Sequence record: NC_042100.1
DNA length: 64,000 nucleotides
Direction: 5' to 3' (one strand)
In this document: positions 36,255-45,741 of the stretch, one piece after another
How the letters are laid out: the number at the start of each line of letters is the position of its first letter
Position numbering within the stretch: the first letter of the stretch is position 1
Translations under genes and position numbers: made by a program
The notes under the pieces: model-generated
What the model was told of the DNA's origin: nothing
What the model saw: only the letters and a program-made list of their open reading frames with translations
Database searches by the model: none

Positions 36255-37122
36255 CATGATCGAAGATATCACCGAAGATACGGTGATTGAAGAAATCGAA
36301 ATCGCCAGTAATGAAGACCTCCGTTATCTTGATCGAGTTCGTGTAGTGGACGAAAAACACCGCGCGAGTTTAAACGAATCGTTCGGTTGGATTGGAGACC
36401 TAAAGCTGGTTAAAGTCGACGACCAATATGCGTTAAAAGACCCTGCCGGTGGTTATGTTATCTCTGATACCACTATCCATGAAAAAGCTTTCGTTAACCG
36501 CTGGTTAGATCAATTCGCATTGGGTTTCGTTGGACCTACTAATTACTTCGATGCCAGAGCTTGGGGTGAATTAACCCACGGTCATCAACGTGGCGTGGTG
36601 ATAGTAGATGATAAAGGTGAAGCCATCTTCGTTATTCCACCTTTGTCCCGTATCCAATTAAATGAAACGGAACAATACGTTCTTGACCTCGCCCATAAAA
36701 ACTTTACCAATGCGAGTTCAGCCGAACAAACTGGTGACGCACATCGTGCTAAAGAAATCGTTCGTCAGACGTCAGAACTCATCAAAACTCACATTAGTGA
36801 TGAAACCATTACGGTAACACATTTGATCCCTGAATGGTTCTACACGAAATACGGCGTGGTGCCTTACATCAAGCGTTCGATGATCTATTGCCGTGATATG
36901 TATGGATTGAACCCGGAGATTAAAGAAGACTGGGAAATGGCGAAAAGCGTCTTCACCAACATCCATAACAAAACAGCGCTCACCCAAGAACAACTAATCT
37001 TTATGGAAATCTTAACAGAAGGAGAATTCACACCACCTGATTATGTTCCCGTAAATGAACCGAGTGAAATTTCACCAGAGTCGCCATCTAACAGCGAGGA
37101 CTTTGATCCGTTTGAAAACTAA
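36235..37122 (+). CDS. Conserved phiKZ-like hypothetical protein
   Basis: 295-aa ORF with acidic termini, in the operon with the nuclease. Confidence 0.7.
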   Translation: MQEQEPNMIEDITEDTVIEEIEIASNEDLRYLDRVRVVDEKHRASLNESFGWIGDLKLVKVDDQYALKDPAGGYVISDTTIHEKAFVNRWLDQFALGFVGPTNYFDARAWGELTHGHQRGVVIVDDKGEAIFVIPPLSRIQLNETEQYVLDLAHKNFTNASSAEQTGDAHRAKEIVRQTSELIKTHISDETITVTHLIPEWFYTKYGVVPYIKRSMIYCRDMYGLNPEIKEDWEMAKSVFTNIHNKTALTQEQLIFMEILTEGEFTPPDYVPVNEPSEISPESPSNSEDFDPFEN

Positions 37123-37143
37123 TTAGATTGGCGAATAATAACT

Positions 37144-38268
37144 ATGCAAGACAACCGCTTTTTCGGGTTATGGTTCAGTGACCAACATAACCTACATAGT
37201 AAGACCCCGACTAGTCACATACTGTACAACTCAAGTCAGTTTTTGACCCGTAGTCACAATTTAGAAGAAGTGGACATCGTTGTATTCGGTGGAGACTTTT
37301 ATGAGCGTTTGGTCGACGCTTCTCACCCAGACATGCGATTAACCCAACACTGGATCAGAAAGTTCTTATTGGAATGTTTGGAGCACAACGTGATTGTGAG
37401 GGTGCTTGAAGGTACGTCCTCACATGACCGTGAACAGCCTGAGAACTTTGTAGTTCAATGTCCTGATGGGTTAGACCTTAAATGGGTGAAAGAGCTTTCA
37501 TACGAGCGCATAGAGAAGCTTGGGATAGATGTCTTTTATGTTCCGGATAACATGGGTGGACTTTCTCCCGATATCATCTGGGACAAAACCTTAGAGATAC
37601 TGGCGGCCAATGGAAAGAAAGAAGTTGATTACGTTTTCTTCCATGGTGCGTTCGAGTACCAAATTCCCCTTAAGTTTAGTAAACACTCACATTCTGAAAC
37701 TCGCTGGCAGTCTATCGTAAAGCGTCATTTGTTTGCAGGGCATGTTCATAAACCATCGGAGTACGGGAAAATACGAGTCAGTGGTTCGTTTGACCGTATC
37801 AACCATGGCGAAGAGCATCCTAAAGGGGGCTACGAATTCTGGTGGGAACCAGAAAGTGATTGGTGTGAAACTAAATTTTGGGAGAATAAAAACGCCCTAC
37901 CTTATTTACGTGTATTGCAGCATCCCGATGATGATAATGAATCGTTGTTGGATAAAGTGAATCGGTTGATCAAACTGAAGAACCCGATTCCTAAAAGCCG
38001 CATCCAGTTACGTGGTAAGAATGGGGCGTTGATCAAAGGGGTTGCGGAATACCTAAAGGGTAGCTACCCGCAATACTTCTTTGATATCGACTCTTCCAGT
38101 CAAGTGGACAAACTTATCTCCCCAGACATCATGAATGATTTGACTTACGAGGGAGTGACTTTAACAAAAGGTAACTTCTCTGAGCACCTTCGACAATACA
38201 TGATCGAAGAGCGCACAGATCAAAATCTAATGAATGGTGCCTTGGAATTATTAGAGGAATTCTTATGA
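37144..38268 (+). CDS. SbcD/Mre11-like metallophosphoesterase nuclease
   Basis: SDQH, GGDFYE, EGTSSHD, FFHG, AGHVH and SGSFDR...GEE motifs. Confidence 0.85.
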   Translation: MQDNRFFGLWFSDQHNLHSKTPTSHILYNSSQFLTRSHNLEEVDIVVFGGDFYERLVDASHPDMRLTQHWIRKFLLECLEHNVIVRVLEGTSSHDREQPENFVVQCPDGLDLKWVKELSYERIEKLGIDVFYVPDNMGGLSPDIIWDKTLEILAANGKKEVDYVFFHGAFEYQIPLKFSKHSHSETRWQSIVKRHLFAGHVHKPSEYGKIRVSGSFDRINHGEEHPKGGYEFWWEPESDWCETKFWENKNALPYLRVLQHPDDDNESLLDKVNRLIKLKNPIPKSRIQLRGKNGALIKGVAEYLKGSYPQYFFDIDSSSQVDKLISPDIMNDLTYEGVTLTKGNFSEHLRQYMIEERTDQNLMNGALELLEEFL

Positions 38269-39062
38269 GGACCTTAGGTGAAATACTTCCGATGTCGGTC
38301 GGAACTGCATTAGCCTTTGAGGGAGAGGAGGGAAAACACGCCATCCCTAAGGCTGACACTTTCTTAATTAATTTACGCACCCTGATACGCAACGTACACG
38401 GTGCGTTCTCGAAAGACGATCCTCAAATAGAAGACATCGATGTTTTAAAGTCGGCATTGTTAGAGGACATCAAACAAATAGCTTCGGCTATTACGGAGAT
38501 CGCTCCTCGTTCCGTTATCCACGTCGAGATCTATTACCCTTCATATAAGTCTTTAGGTCAAAAGTATCCGCACGCTAATATCTGGAAACCAAGAACACCC
38601 AAACAGATAGCGTTGAATGATTTATATGAAAAAGTGGCAAAGTCTTTTATTAAAGATCATTCGTCACTAGTGACACTTACGGATGTTGGCCTCCCGACGT
38701 TCAAAGGTAAGGGTCTTGTCATTACCCACCATCCGATCGATATCGCGGACACTGAAAGTTGGGGACGATTAACGTTGCTTGAATCTCACTCTGGTGTTGC
38801 TAAGCCCTATTTACAATGGAACAGTAAACTTACCGGTAAAGAAACAGCCAACTACAACATCCCGCTAAACCGAATGACCATCCAAGTGTTCGGGGACAAC
38901 TCAGTGAATTTCTTAGGTCAAAGCAATGCGATCAAAAAGTTGGTGCGAGATCTAGCGGTTAAAGCGGGTTGGACATCGGCGACTACTCCGCAACGATGTC
39001 GTAGTTCGATCAACACATATTTAACGGGTGTGGACAAAAAAGGTTTACTCTTATTCTGGTAA
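38265..39062 (+). CDS. Conserved phiKZ-like protein (possible RNase H/5'-3' exonuclease-like fold)
   Basis: 265-aa ORF with an ATGA overlap. The fold assignment is recalled from synteny only. Confidence 0.5.
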   Translation: MRTLGEILPMSVGTALAFEGEEGKHAIPKADTFLINLRTLIRNVHGAFSKDDPQIEDIDVLKSALLEDIKQIASAITEIAPRSVIHVEIYYPSYKSLGQKYPHANIWKPRTPKQIALNDLYEKVAKSFIKDHSSLVTLTDVGLPTFKGKGLVITHHPIDIADTESWGRLTLLESHSGVAKPYLQWNSKLTGKETANYNIPLNRMTIQVFGDNSVNFLGQSNAIKKLVRDLAVKAGWTSATTPQRCRSSINTYLTGVDKKGLLLFW

Positions 39063-39135
39063 GTCTTCACCCCGGTGCACCTTTATTAGCACAAAACCAA
39101 ATTTTTAACTAATTCAATTTAAGGCAGAAAAGACT

Positions 39136-39858
39136 ATGTCTCAACAAAACGGCAACGCACGCGTAAAAACTCCACTGAACGACTACTACGGTGTTCACCC
39201 TCAAACGGCGCAACCAGTGGAAGGTGCTAAGTTCCCGGGTCAAGCATTATGGGAATTTGCTAACAACGGTAAGGTGTTGTTCAAAGCGGATGATAAGCGT
39301 TACAATCCTAACGACCAACAAGCGTACAAAAAGAAAGAATGTGAGATGGAAGCATCTGACCGTAACATGATCTTTGAATTGTTGTTAGAAGCAGCAAACG
39401 ACGAGACGTTTACTAAAGGTCAGTACACGATCAAAAAGCATCAATTCGTTCGTCAGAACGGTCAGTCTAAGCTTTCAGATCAACCAATTGCACAAGGTCA
39501 GTTCACAGTTATCCGTGACCAAAACGGCGTTATCTCCATGGGTTACACTCGCGGTGATTACAAAATCTTGTTTGTGTTCTCAGCTCCGGGTCACTCAGAA
39601 CTCAAGTTCTTTGAGAACGGCGAGTGGGTTTCTAAAGAAGGCAAAATGTCACAAATGTGGGTTCGTTCTTACGTGAAACGCATGGGTGGCATTCTTAACA
39701 CGAAAGAGATGGAAATCTACCAACCGCCTAAGCCTAAGAACAACAACTGGAACAACAACAATAACGGCGGTAACAATAACAACAACGGTGGTTGGGGCAA
39801 TAACAACGGCGGCGGTAATGGCGGCGGTAATGATAACTTCGACGATATTGACTTCTAA
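39136..39858 (+). CDS. SSB-like protein with Asn/Gly-rich tail (phiKZ gp67 position)
   Basis: C-terminal N/G low-complexity linker ending in the acidic-aromatic NFDDIDF, like SSB tails. Confidence 0.55.
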   Translation: MSQQNGNARVKTPLNDYYGVHPQTAQPVEGAKFPGQALWEFANNGKVLFKADDKRYNPNDQQAYKKKECEMEASDRNMIFELLLEAANDETFTKGQYTIKKHQFVRQNGQSKLSDQPIAQGQFTVIRDQNGVISMGYTRGDYKILFVFSAPGHSELKFFENGEWVSKEGKMSQMWVRSYVKRMGGILNTKEMEIYQPPKPKNNNWNNNNNGGNNNNNGGWGNNNGGGNGGGNDNFDDIDF

Positions 39859-39881
39859 TTTACTTTTTGATAAGTAGTTCT

Positions 39882-39905
39882 GAAGAGGGGCTTCGGTCCC
39901 TCTTC
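39882..39905 (+). terminator. Intrinsic terminator
   Basis: GAAGAGGGGC-TTCG-GTCCCTCTTC. Confidence 0.7.
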
Positions 39906-39927
39906 CTCTTATGCTTTTGCTAAATTA

Positions 39928-39952
39928 TTTCAAACCTACATTATCTTAGGGT
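39928..39952 (+). promoter_or_regulatory. Class I phage promoter motif
   Basis: TTTCAAACCTACATTATCTTAGGGT. Confidence 0.65.
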
Positions 39953-39971
39953 AATCCATAGGAGATTAAAC

Positions 39972-41546
39972 ATGGAATTTCACATTACCAATAAAACCCG
40001 TTCTCAATTTAAAGGGATCGTGGTCTCCCACAAAGGCGAAACCATTAATTTCGCTGCCCACAGTAAGATCCATTGTGGGGACTCTGATGGTGATTTATTC
40101 ATCCACACAAATGAATATTTCAAATCCATCCCGGAAGCCCGACTGGACAAAATGTTTGATGTCTTTAAGCGAGCTAAGGGAATCCTTGAACCCGATTACG
40201 CAGAAACATTAGGTAAGGACGACGAACTATTACGTAACCATCGTGATTACCGTTATTTGATCGATCGTTTGATTCCATTGGTTCGTGAACTTTACGAATC
40301 TGTTGATCTACGTAACTACTCGTATTACTTAAAACAATCTGGTGTTTGTGCTCCTCCTAGAGGGCTGCGTGAAACCGTATCTCGTGGCGAATACCATGCT
40401 GAACAAACCATTAACCCAACGGAGTATGAACAAGTAGCTGAACTCGCATTATTAATGCGACCAAGTTTCCCAATCATCTCCGGGATGATGCAAAAAGCAA
40501 AAGAGATTACCGGCGACGAATACAAAGAAGTGGTGACTGCTGGACTGTTCAAAGACTTTGATGTTTTCACTAACCATCACGGTTGGATTAAGATTCGTAA
40601 CTACATGAATTACTTTTATTCAACCAATGGTGTGAACTCTTTACAGTTGTCCCTGATCTCCGAAGACTCGTATGTGAACCACGCATTTTATTCTGCGTTG
40701 TTTAGTCGACTCGGTTCAACTCACATTCCTTCTTTAGACAACAGCAAGAACATCGCTAAGTCTTTGTACTCAGTAGCCAAACAGTTCTCGGCACCATCGT
40801 CTCGTATTCGTGAAAAGAAACTCACCACGAAAGATGAGATGAATGAGAAACGCAGTCTGTACGAGATCTACTTCCTTAAAGAAGAAGTAAGCTCCGCAGA
40901 TGAAGAATCTCATGCTGAGTTTTTCTCTATGGGTTTATTTGATTGCGAAGACAACCCGAGACACGCCGAACGTTTTGACATCCCGGCTGCGGGATTAAAA
41001 ATCGAGAACGTTAAACTAGTAGAGTGGGTATACGACCAAATCCCAAGCAACTGGGAGTTCGAACTACAGCCACACATCTACACACTACTTCAATTAGTTT
41101 TCCAAGAACACATTTCTTACAACATCTACTTGTCATTAGACCATTACCAGTTAATGGCTGCGCTTTCATTAGCCACTGTAAAACTTCACGAGATGGGCTA
41201 TCCTAAGTTAGCAACTCTTGTGTGTACAGTCTATGATGAAACCCAACCACGCAGTTTGACTGATGAAATTTTCTCATTAGACAGTGCAGATAAAGAAATG
41301 CTGGAATCGATATGCGCAGTGTATCGTGGCCAATCCACATTAACCGCAGATAACGAAGCCGTTATCGGAGCGAATGACTTCTTGAAGAACTTAGGTAACG
41401 GTCAATGGTCGTCTATCATCGAACCTAACATGTTAGGTGATGAAGCAATAATGAGCAATGCCGATCAAGGTGACTTGTTCGAAGTTGAACTCGACCGCTC
41501 CCTGAAAACTGAATTCCTCAACCTAATCAAAGAACTTAGCTCGTAA
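39972..41546 (+). CDS. Non-virion RNAP promoter-specificity (sigma-like) subunit, phiKZ gp68-like
   Basis: 524 aa. Its size and position three core genes upstream of nvRNAP betaC match the gp68-69-70-71/73 order. Confidence 0.7.
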   Translation: MEFHITNKTRSQFKGIVVSHKGETINFAAHSKIHCGDSDGDLFIHTNEYFKSIPEARLDKMFDVFKRAKGILEPDYAETLGKDDELLRNHRDYRYLIDRLIPLVRELYESVDLRNYSYYLKQSGVCAPPRGLRETVSRGEYHAEQTINPTEYEQVAELALLMRPSFPIISGMMQKAKEITGDEYKEVVTAGLFKDFDVFTNHHGWIKIRNYMNYFYSTNGVNSLQLSLISEDSYVNHAFYSALFSRLGSTHIPSLDNSKNIAKSLYSVAKQFSAPSSRIREKKLTTKDEMNEKRSLYEIYFLKEEVSSADEESHAEFFSMGLFDCEDNPRHAERFDIPAAGLKIENVKLVEWVYDQIPSNWEFELQPHIYTLLQLVFQEHISYNIYLSLDHYQLMAALSLATVKLHEMGYPKLATLVCTVYDETQPRSLTDEIFSLDSADKEMLESICAVYRGQSTLTADNEAVIGANDFLKNLGNGQWSSIIEPNMLGDEAIMSNADQGDLFEVELDRSLKTEFLNLIKELSS

Positions 41547-41596
41547 GAGTTTGTATTTATCATTAACGTTTAAAACGAAATTAAGGAAACCCAACC

Positions 41597-43078
41597 ATGG
41601 CACAACTAGCACTTATCCGCGCTACTATCGGTCTATCTAGCCAATACCACGACCACTACATGCGTGCGCACTCTTTAAACCTATCTGGTGATGACACCAA
41701 CCAATTACTTGGTGCTCGTCTAGGTAATACTTCATTAGTGGCTCCATCGGAAATGAACAACATCGCAGCTCGTTCTGGTGGCGTTGCGACTCAAGCGTCC
41801 GGTGTAGCGGGCATCGAGGATGGCTGGCAAACATCCCGTGGTCTAGCAAGTTTTGAATTCGCCATCAACGGTGCTTCACCGGTGCAAGCGCAAACCTTGA
41901 CAGTATACGGTTACATGTATGGGGGTTCACCGGCTGACACCGGTGGTGCGTTACCAGCTGACGCGATGTTTGTCCCTGTTCGTATGTGGATGGTAGAAAC
42001 CGCCGTATCGACCGATCACACAGGGTTCCCACAAGAAAGCCGTATGATGTCCCAATCAGGTACTTACTTGTTGAACGACCCTAATTCCATGGGTAACCCT
42101 AATAACGGACTGCACACCATCCGTCCGGTGGACGTGATCAACTCTGCATCGGCCTTTGCCGCCTTTGACGACGACGAGCAACCTTCCGGCATGCTAGATG
42201 GTTTTGGTGGTTCAAGCACCGGTATGTTACAAACCGCCGGTATGAACATCTCCAAGTCCAATAACCAGTCTACTGTAGACTACGCAAACAAAATTTTGAC
42301 AGCAGCGGCAACGGCATCGTTTGAGAACGAAAAGCGCCAAGACCGTTATGAAGCTATCTCTATGGCAACTGGTCTTAACAGCATCCGTGAAGTATCATTG
42401 GAAGACAACCCGTTCATCCGTGTAATGCGTCGCGAACTTGGTTATGTGAATATGGCGAACTTCGTTGGATTCAGTATGAGTGAAATCGCAACGGTATTTG
42501 AAAACTTCTACCAAGTAACTAACGCTCAACTAACAGACGTGAACAGTTTCGATGTTGCCGACCATCGTTATACTTCTAACGCTATGGGTGGTTCTACATT
42601 CGAAACACTCGTGTGTTCTGAACTTAACAACATCGCCAACGCCGTTCTAGATGGTCACCGACTATCTTATCTGAGCATTCGTGCGACCAATGACGTACAA
42701 CAAGGTATGGGACAAATTGTCATTAACGGTCTACCTGTGTTATACCAAATGGGTGAGTCCGCTCCTATGGTGGATAAAGACCCTGATTGGCAATACTTGG
42801 CGGCACAAGCGACTGAAACACTGCTTGCGCAATTCTACACTAAGTATAACGCAGAAATGATTCACGACCGAATGATTGTGGATTTCGAAGCTAACCTATC
42901 GTTGTTTGGTGAATCTACTATTACGGTAACGTTACACGGTAATCGTGAGAACCCACATAAAGAAACGTTCGGTACGATGGCGGGTAACCGTTTTGACCCA
43001 TCACTGGTTACTTCACAAGGTCTGAACCAATCGGTAGGTGCGTTCTACAACAACCTAAAAGAATACATGAACTTCTAA
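41597..43078 (+). CDS. picA: Probable nuclear import factor PicA/Imp1 (phiKZ gp69-like)
   Basis: 493 aa, directly downstream of the gp68-like gene. Assigned by synteny and size only. Confidence 0.6.
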   Translation: MAQLALIRATIGLSSQYHDHYMRAHSLNLSGDDTNQLLGARLGNTSLVAPSEMNNIAARSGGVATQASGVAGIEDGWQTSRGLASFEFAINGASPVQAQTLTVYGYMYGGSPADTGGALPADAMFVPVRMWMVETAVSTDHTGFPQESRMMSQSGTYLLNDPNSMGNPNNGLHTIRPVDVINSASAFAAFDDDEQPSGMLDGFGGSSTGMLQTAGMNISKSNNQSTVDYANKILTAAATASFENEKRQDRYEAISMATGLNSIREVSLEDNPFIRVMRRELGYVNMANFVGFSMSEIATVFENFYQVTNAQLTDVNSFDVADHRYTSNAMGGSTFETLVCSELNNIANAVLDGHRLSYLSIRATNDVQQGMGQIVINGLPVLYQMGESAPMVDKDPDWQYLAAQATETLLAQFYTKYNAEMIHDRMIVDFEANLSLFGESTITVTLHGNRENPHKETFGTMAGNRFDPSLVTSQGLNQSVGAFYNNLKEYMNF

Positions 43079-43164
43079 TCTCCGTCTCTGCAAGAGAGAA
43101 GTGCACGTCTTTCTTGCAGAATTAACCCATCAACTATTGATCAATATAACAAGGAAATTTCCTG

Positions 43165-44580
43165 ATGAACGAACTGAATAAATTGTACGTCGCAATTACA
43201 CGTACTTGGAACGCTACCCATAATGACATGGGTAAGCTTGAGTTGGAACTGGACGGTAACAAATACCCGATCACATTAGACGGGATGCCAGTTTACTTAC
43301 CGTTTAATGAAGCACTAGAGCAAGACACGACCGACATCGTGTTCTTCCATCCGGCGTGTGAATCTATCATCTCTAAAGAGACTGAGATTTTCCGCATTAT
43401 CCGCAAGTTAGTTGGCCTGCAATTACTGACACATTTCAAGAAGTTTGCGCCTGTTTTGTTTGATATTGCAAACAAGAAAGCCAAGCGTGGTTTGCGTAAC
43501 GATCTCTTGGAACACATCGAAGTGATCAAGACGGCTAAAGCGGGTCATCGTAAAGAAGTTGCAGGGCTGCTTGACCACATGGCGGTGGAACTAGAGGACG
43601 ATAACCTAGATCGCCGTTTTATCCACTTTGATATCAAACGTGGCGGTCGTAGTAAACTTACCGGCGACAAAACCTACTACAGCTGTAAACCAACTTTCCC
43701 GTTCTACAACGAACTTGTCCGTCGTCTAACTCGCACTGAAGGTGAACCAGCGAATAAGCAGGTTAAGATCTTAGGTCGTGAGTTTTCTCGTGGTGCCTTA
43801 GTGGTGGCTGAAGAAATCTTCCGTTTCGTATTGCCGGGTGTTGAAGATCCATTGGCTTACGAGCAAGAACAAACCTCAGCAGAAGCAGCACGCTTCACGG
43901 TATTGGTGAACACATACGCCTCAGTTATCGGCGACATGAACAACCTCCAAAACACGTTCCGTGCAGACTTTGACAAAGTAGGCGTTTACGAAATCGATAC
44001 TTCGTTCACTACAATGTTGGAAGACATTGACGTCATCTATAAGCAAGTTCCACCTATGCCTTATAACTCTCAATCTAGCGGTTCTGAAAACGCTCGTGCT
44101 GAAGTTCAAACGCAACAGATGGTGACTAACTTAATGAGTCAGTCTTCTCACCAATCAACGGGTATTGAAAACGTATTACCGACTAACCATGTTGGCGGTG
44201 GCACTACAACGGAAGTTCAAACAGCAACTGCTAATGACGGTTACGCGTCTTTGGTTCGTGCTTCTCTAGCACCGGGTGAAACATGGGTGGGTGTATCCCA
44301 AGACCCTAATACTGGTCAGTTCATTCACACAGTCCAATCACCATCTGGTCCGGTACAAATTCGTTACACTCGCCAAGGTAACTTCTTGAGCCGTGAGTCG
44401 TCAATGATGCCGGGTATGGGTATGATGAACAACATGTTACCTTATGGTTACAACATGAACCAAGCACAAATGGCTGCTATCATGGCTGGCGGAATGAACC
44501 CTGCTATCCAAGAACAACCTTTATCTTACAACCACGTCACCCCAAGTCAGCCAATCACTGAACCGGCGACCACTTGGTAA
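43165..44580 (+). CDS. Conserved phiKZ gp70-like protein with Q/M/G/N-rich C-terminus
   Basis: 471 aa. FFHPACE motif. Low-complexity tail SMMPGMGMMNNMLPYGYNMNQAQM. Confidence 0.6.
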   Translation: MNELNKLYVAITRTWNATHNDMGKLELELDGNKYPITLDGMPVYLPFNEALEQDTTDIVFFHPACESIISKETEIFRIIRKLVGLQLLTHFKKFAPVLFDIANKKAKRGLRNDLLEHIEVIKTAKAGHRKEVAGLLDHMAVELEDDNLDRRFIHFDIKRGGRSKLTGDKTYYSCKPTFPFYNELVRRLTRTEGEPANKQVKILGREFSRGALVVAEEIFRFVLPGVEDPLAYEQEQTSAEAARFTVLVNTYASVIGDMNNLQNTFRADFDKVGVYEIDTSFTTMLEDIDVIYKQVPPMPYNSQSSGSENARAEVQTQQMVTNLMSQSSHQSTGIENVLPTNHVGGGTTTEVQTATANDGYASLVRASLAPGETWVGVSQDPNTGQFIHTVQSPSGPVQIRYTRQGNFLSRESSMMPGMGMMNNMLPYGYNMNQAQMAAIMAGGMNPAIQEQPLSYNHVTPSQPITEPATTW

Positions 44581-44586
44581 TCACAC

Positions 44587-44610
44587 CCCGGGAACCTACG
44601 GGTTCCCGGG
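44587..44610 (+). terminator. Intrinsic terminator
   Basis: CCCGGGAACC-TACG-GGTTCCCGGG followed by ATTACTTTTT. Confidence 0.75.
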
Positions 44611-44646
44611 ATTACTTTTTATTCATTAACTTTTCGGAGAAACCAC

Positions 44647-45273
44647 ATGTTAAAGCGCTTAAGCTCGGCTGAAGTCCAAGCCCTAGATCCAAAGGACCTA
44701 GAAGCATATCAACTTAAACTCATGGAAGAAGATTCCTTTGACGTTACTGAGATCTTAGAGAAAAACCCACCAAAGCCAAATGGTGGTTCGATCGATATCC
44801 TACGTCCGGCTTTAGTGGACAAAGAAGACCCAACCAAAGGTTGGACAGTTTACGGGCTGTTCTCAAACGAGTTCAGTAAATTGGAAGAGGTTACACTGGA
44901 CGACATCATTAAAAATGTTAAAGCGAGAATCGAATCTCCTGAAGGCATGCTTTGTGAGGTTGGAGCTCGCCCGCCTATCGATAAAGAAAAATACCAAGCT
45001 ACAGCAAACGGCGTTAAAGGTTATAAACAACTCATTGTTGCGCATTTCAATAACAGAGAAGCCCGCATTGGTTGTCGTGTTGTCGATATTCGTTTAGGTC
45101 GCTCTGGGATACATGTGACTTTCATCCCCGAAGGCGATAAAGCCGAGTTAGTGGAGAAATGGATTAAAGACCCTAAAGTTTCATTGCGTATGTACCCTCG
45201 CTTTGGTTACAATACTAAACTAGAGCAAGAGTTCATCACCTTTGACTTAGATAAAGAAATACTATTGCCTTAA
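44647..45273 (+). CDS. Hypothetical protein, possibly an inactive prohead-protease paralog
   Basis: Motif order CEVGARP / CRVVDI / IPEG / RMYPR / ITFD parallels GExGHP / C-HI / I-P-GP / FSIRS / I-T-D of gp175/T4 gp21-type proteases. Confidence 0.45.
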   Translation: MLKRLSSAEVQALDPKDLEAYQLKLMEEDSFDVTEILEKNPPKPNGGSIDILRPALVDKEDPTKGWTVYGLFSNEFSKLEEVTLDDIIKNVKARIESPEGMLCEVGARPPIDKEKYQATANGVKGYKQLIVAHFNNREARIGCRVVDIRLGRSGIHVTFIPEGDKAELVEKWIKDPKVSLRMYPRFGYNTKLEQEFITFDLDKEILLP

Positions 45274-45278
45274 TAATC

Positions 45279-45310
45279 CGTACCCACCTCCTGTTAGGGA
45301 GGTGGGTACG
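45279..45310. terminator. Bidirectional terminator
   Basis: 13-bp stem CGTACCCACCTCC / GGAGGTGGGTACG between convergent genes. Confidence 0.75.
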
Positions 45311-45325
45311 AAAGTCTATTTATTT

Positions 45326-45646
45326 TTAACGTTTAAGGTTCATGCGTTGTACTAACTTATTAATAACTGCCGGTTCAATTATTAGTACCTCTTTCATATC
45401 TCCTATGTACTGTGAAGGATTTTCAACGTCATTTAAAAACGCCACAGTCCAGTGCAGGTGTTGAGGTACATTAAAGCTTTCCCATAGCACACGGTAAAAA
45501 TCATAACGATGAGCGTGTAGAAAGCTTAAGTCTTGTATCGGGTACTTACCAGCGACAGAAAGTAAATACTCCTTATTAGAACGGATCATGGTTTTATATT
45601 CGTCAGTAAAAAACTGATCCATAGTCGGGGGTAGTTCAATCGCCAT
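45326..45646 (-). CDS. Small conserved protein, possible LysM/gp53-like baseplate protein
   Basis: 106 aa. LHWTVAFLNDVENPS resembles the W-x-I-A-x-x-N-x-I-x-N-P pattern of LysM/tail-X/gp53 proteins. Confidence 0.45.
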   Translation of the reverse strand: MAIELPPTMDQFFTDEYKTMIRSNKEYLLSVAGKYPIQDLSFLHAHRYDFYRVLWESFNVPQHLHWTVAFLNDVENPSQYIGDMKEVLIIEPAVINKLVQRMNLKR

Positions 45647-45684
45647 AACTAACCTTTTGAATGAGTGAGCAAAGACCTAATATA

Positions 45685-45709
45685 AAACAGGTCTATATTA
45701 TCTAAGTGT
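45685..45709 (+). promoter_or_regulatory. Class I phage promoter motif
   Basis: AAACAGGTCTATATTATCTAAGTGT upstream of nvRNAP betaC. Confidence 0.7.
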
Positions 45710-45741
45710 GAACCAACCTAAGTAACATCAAAGGTAATCCA

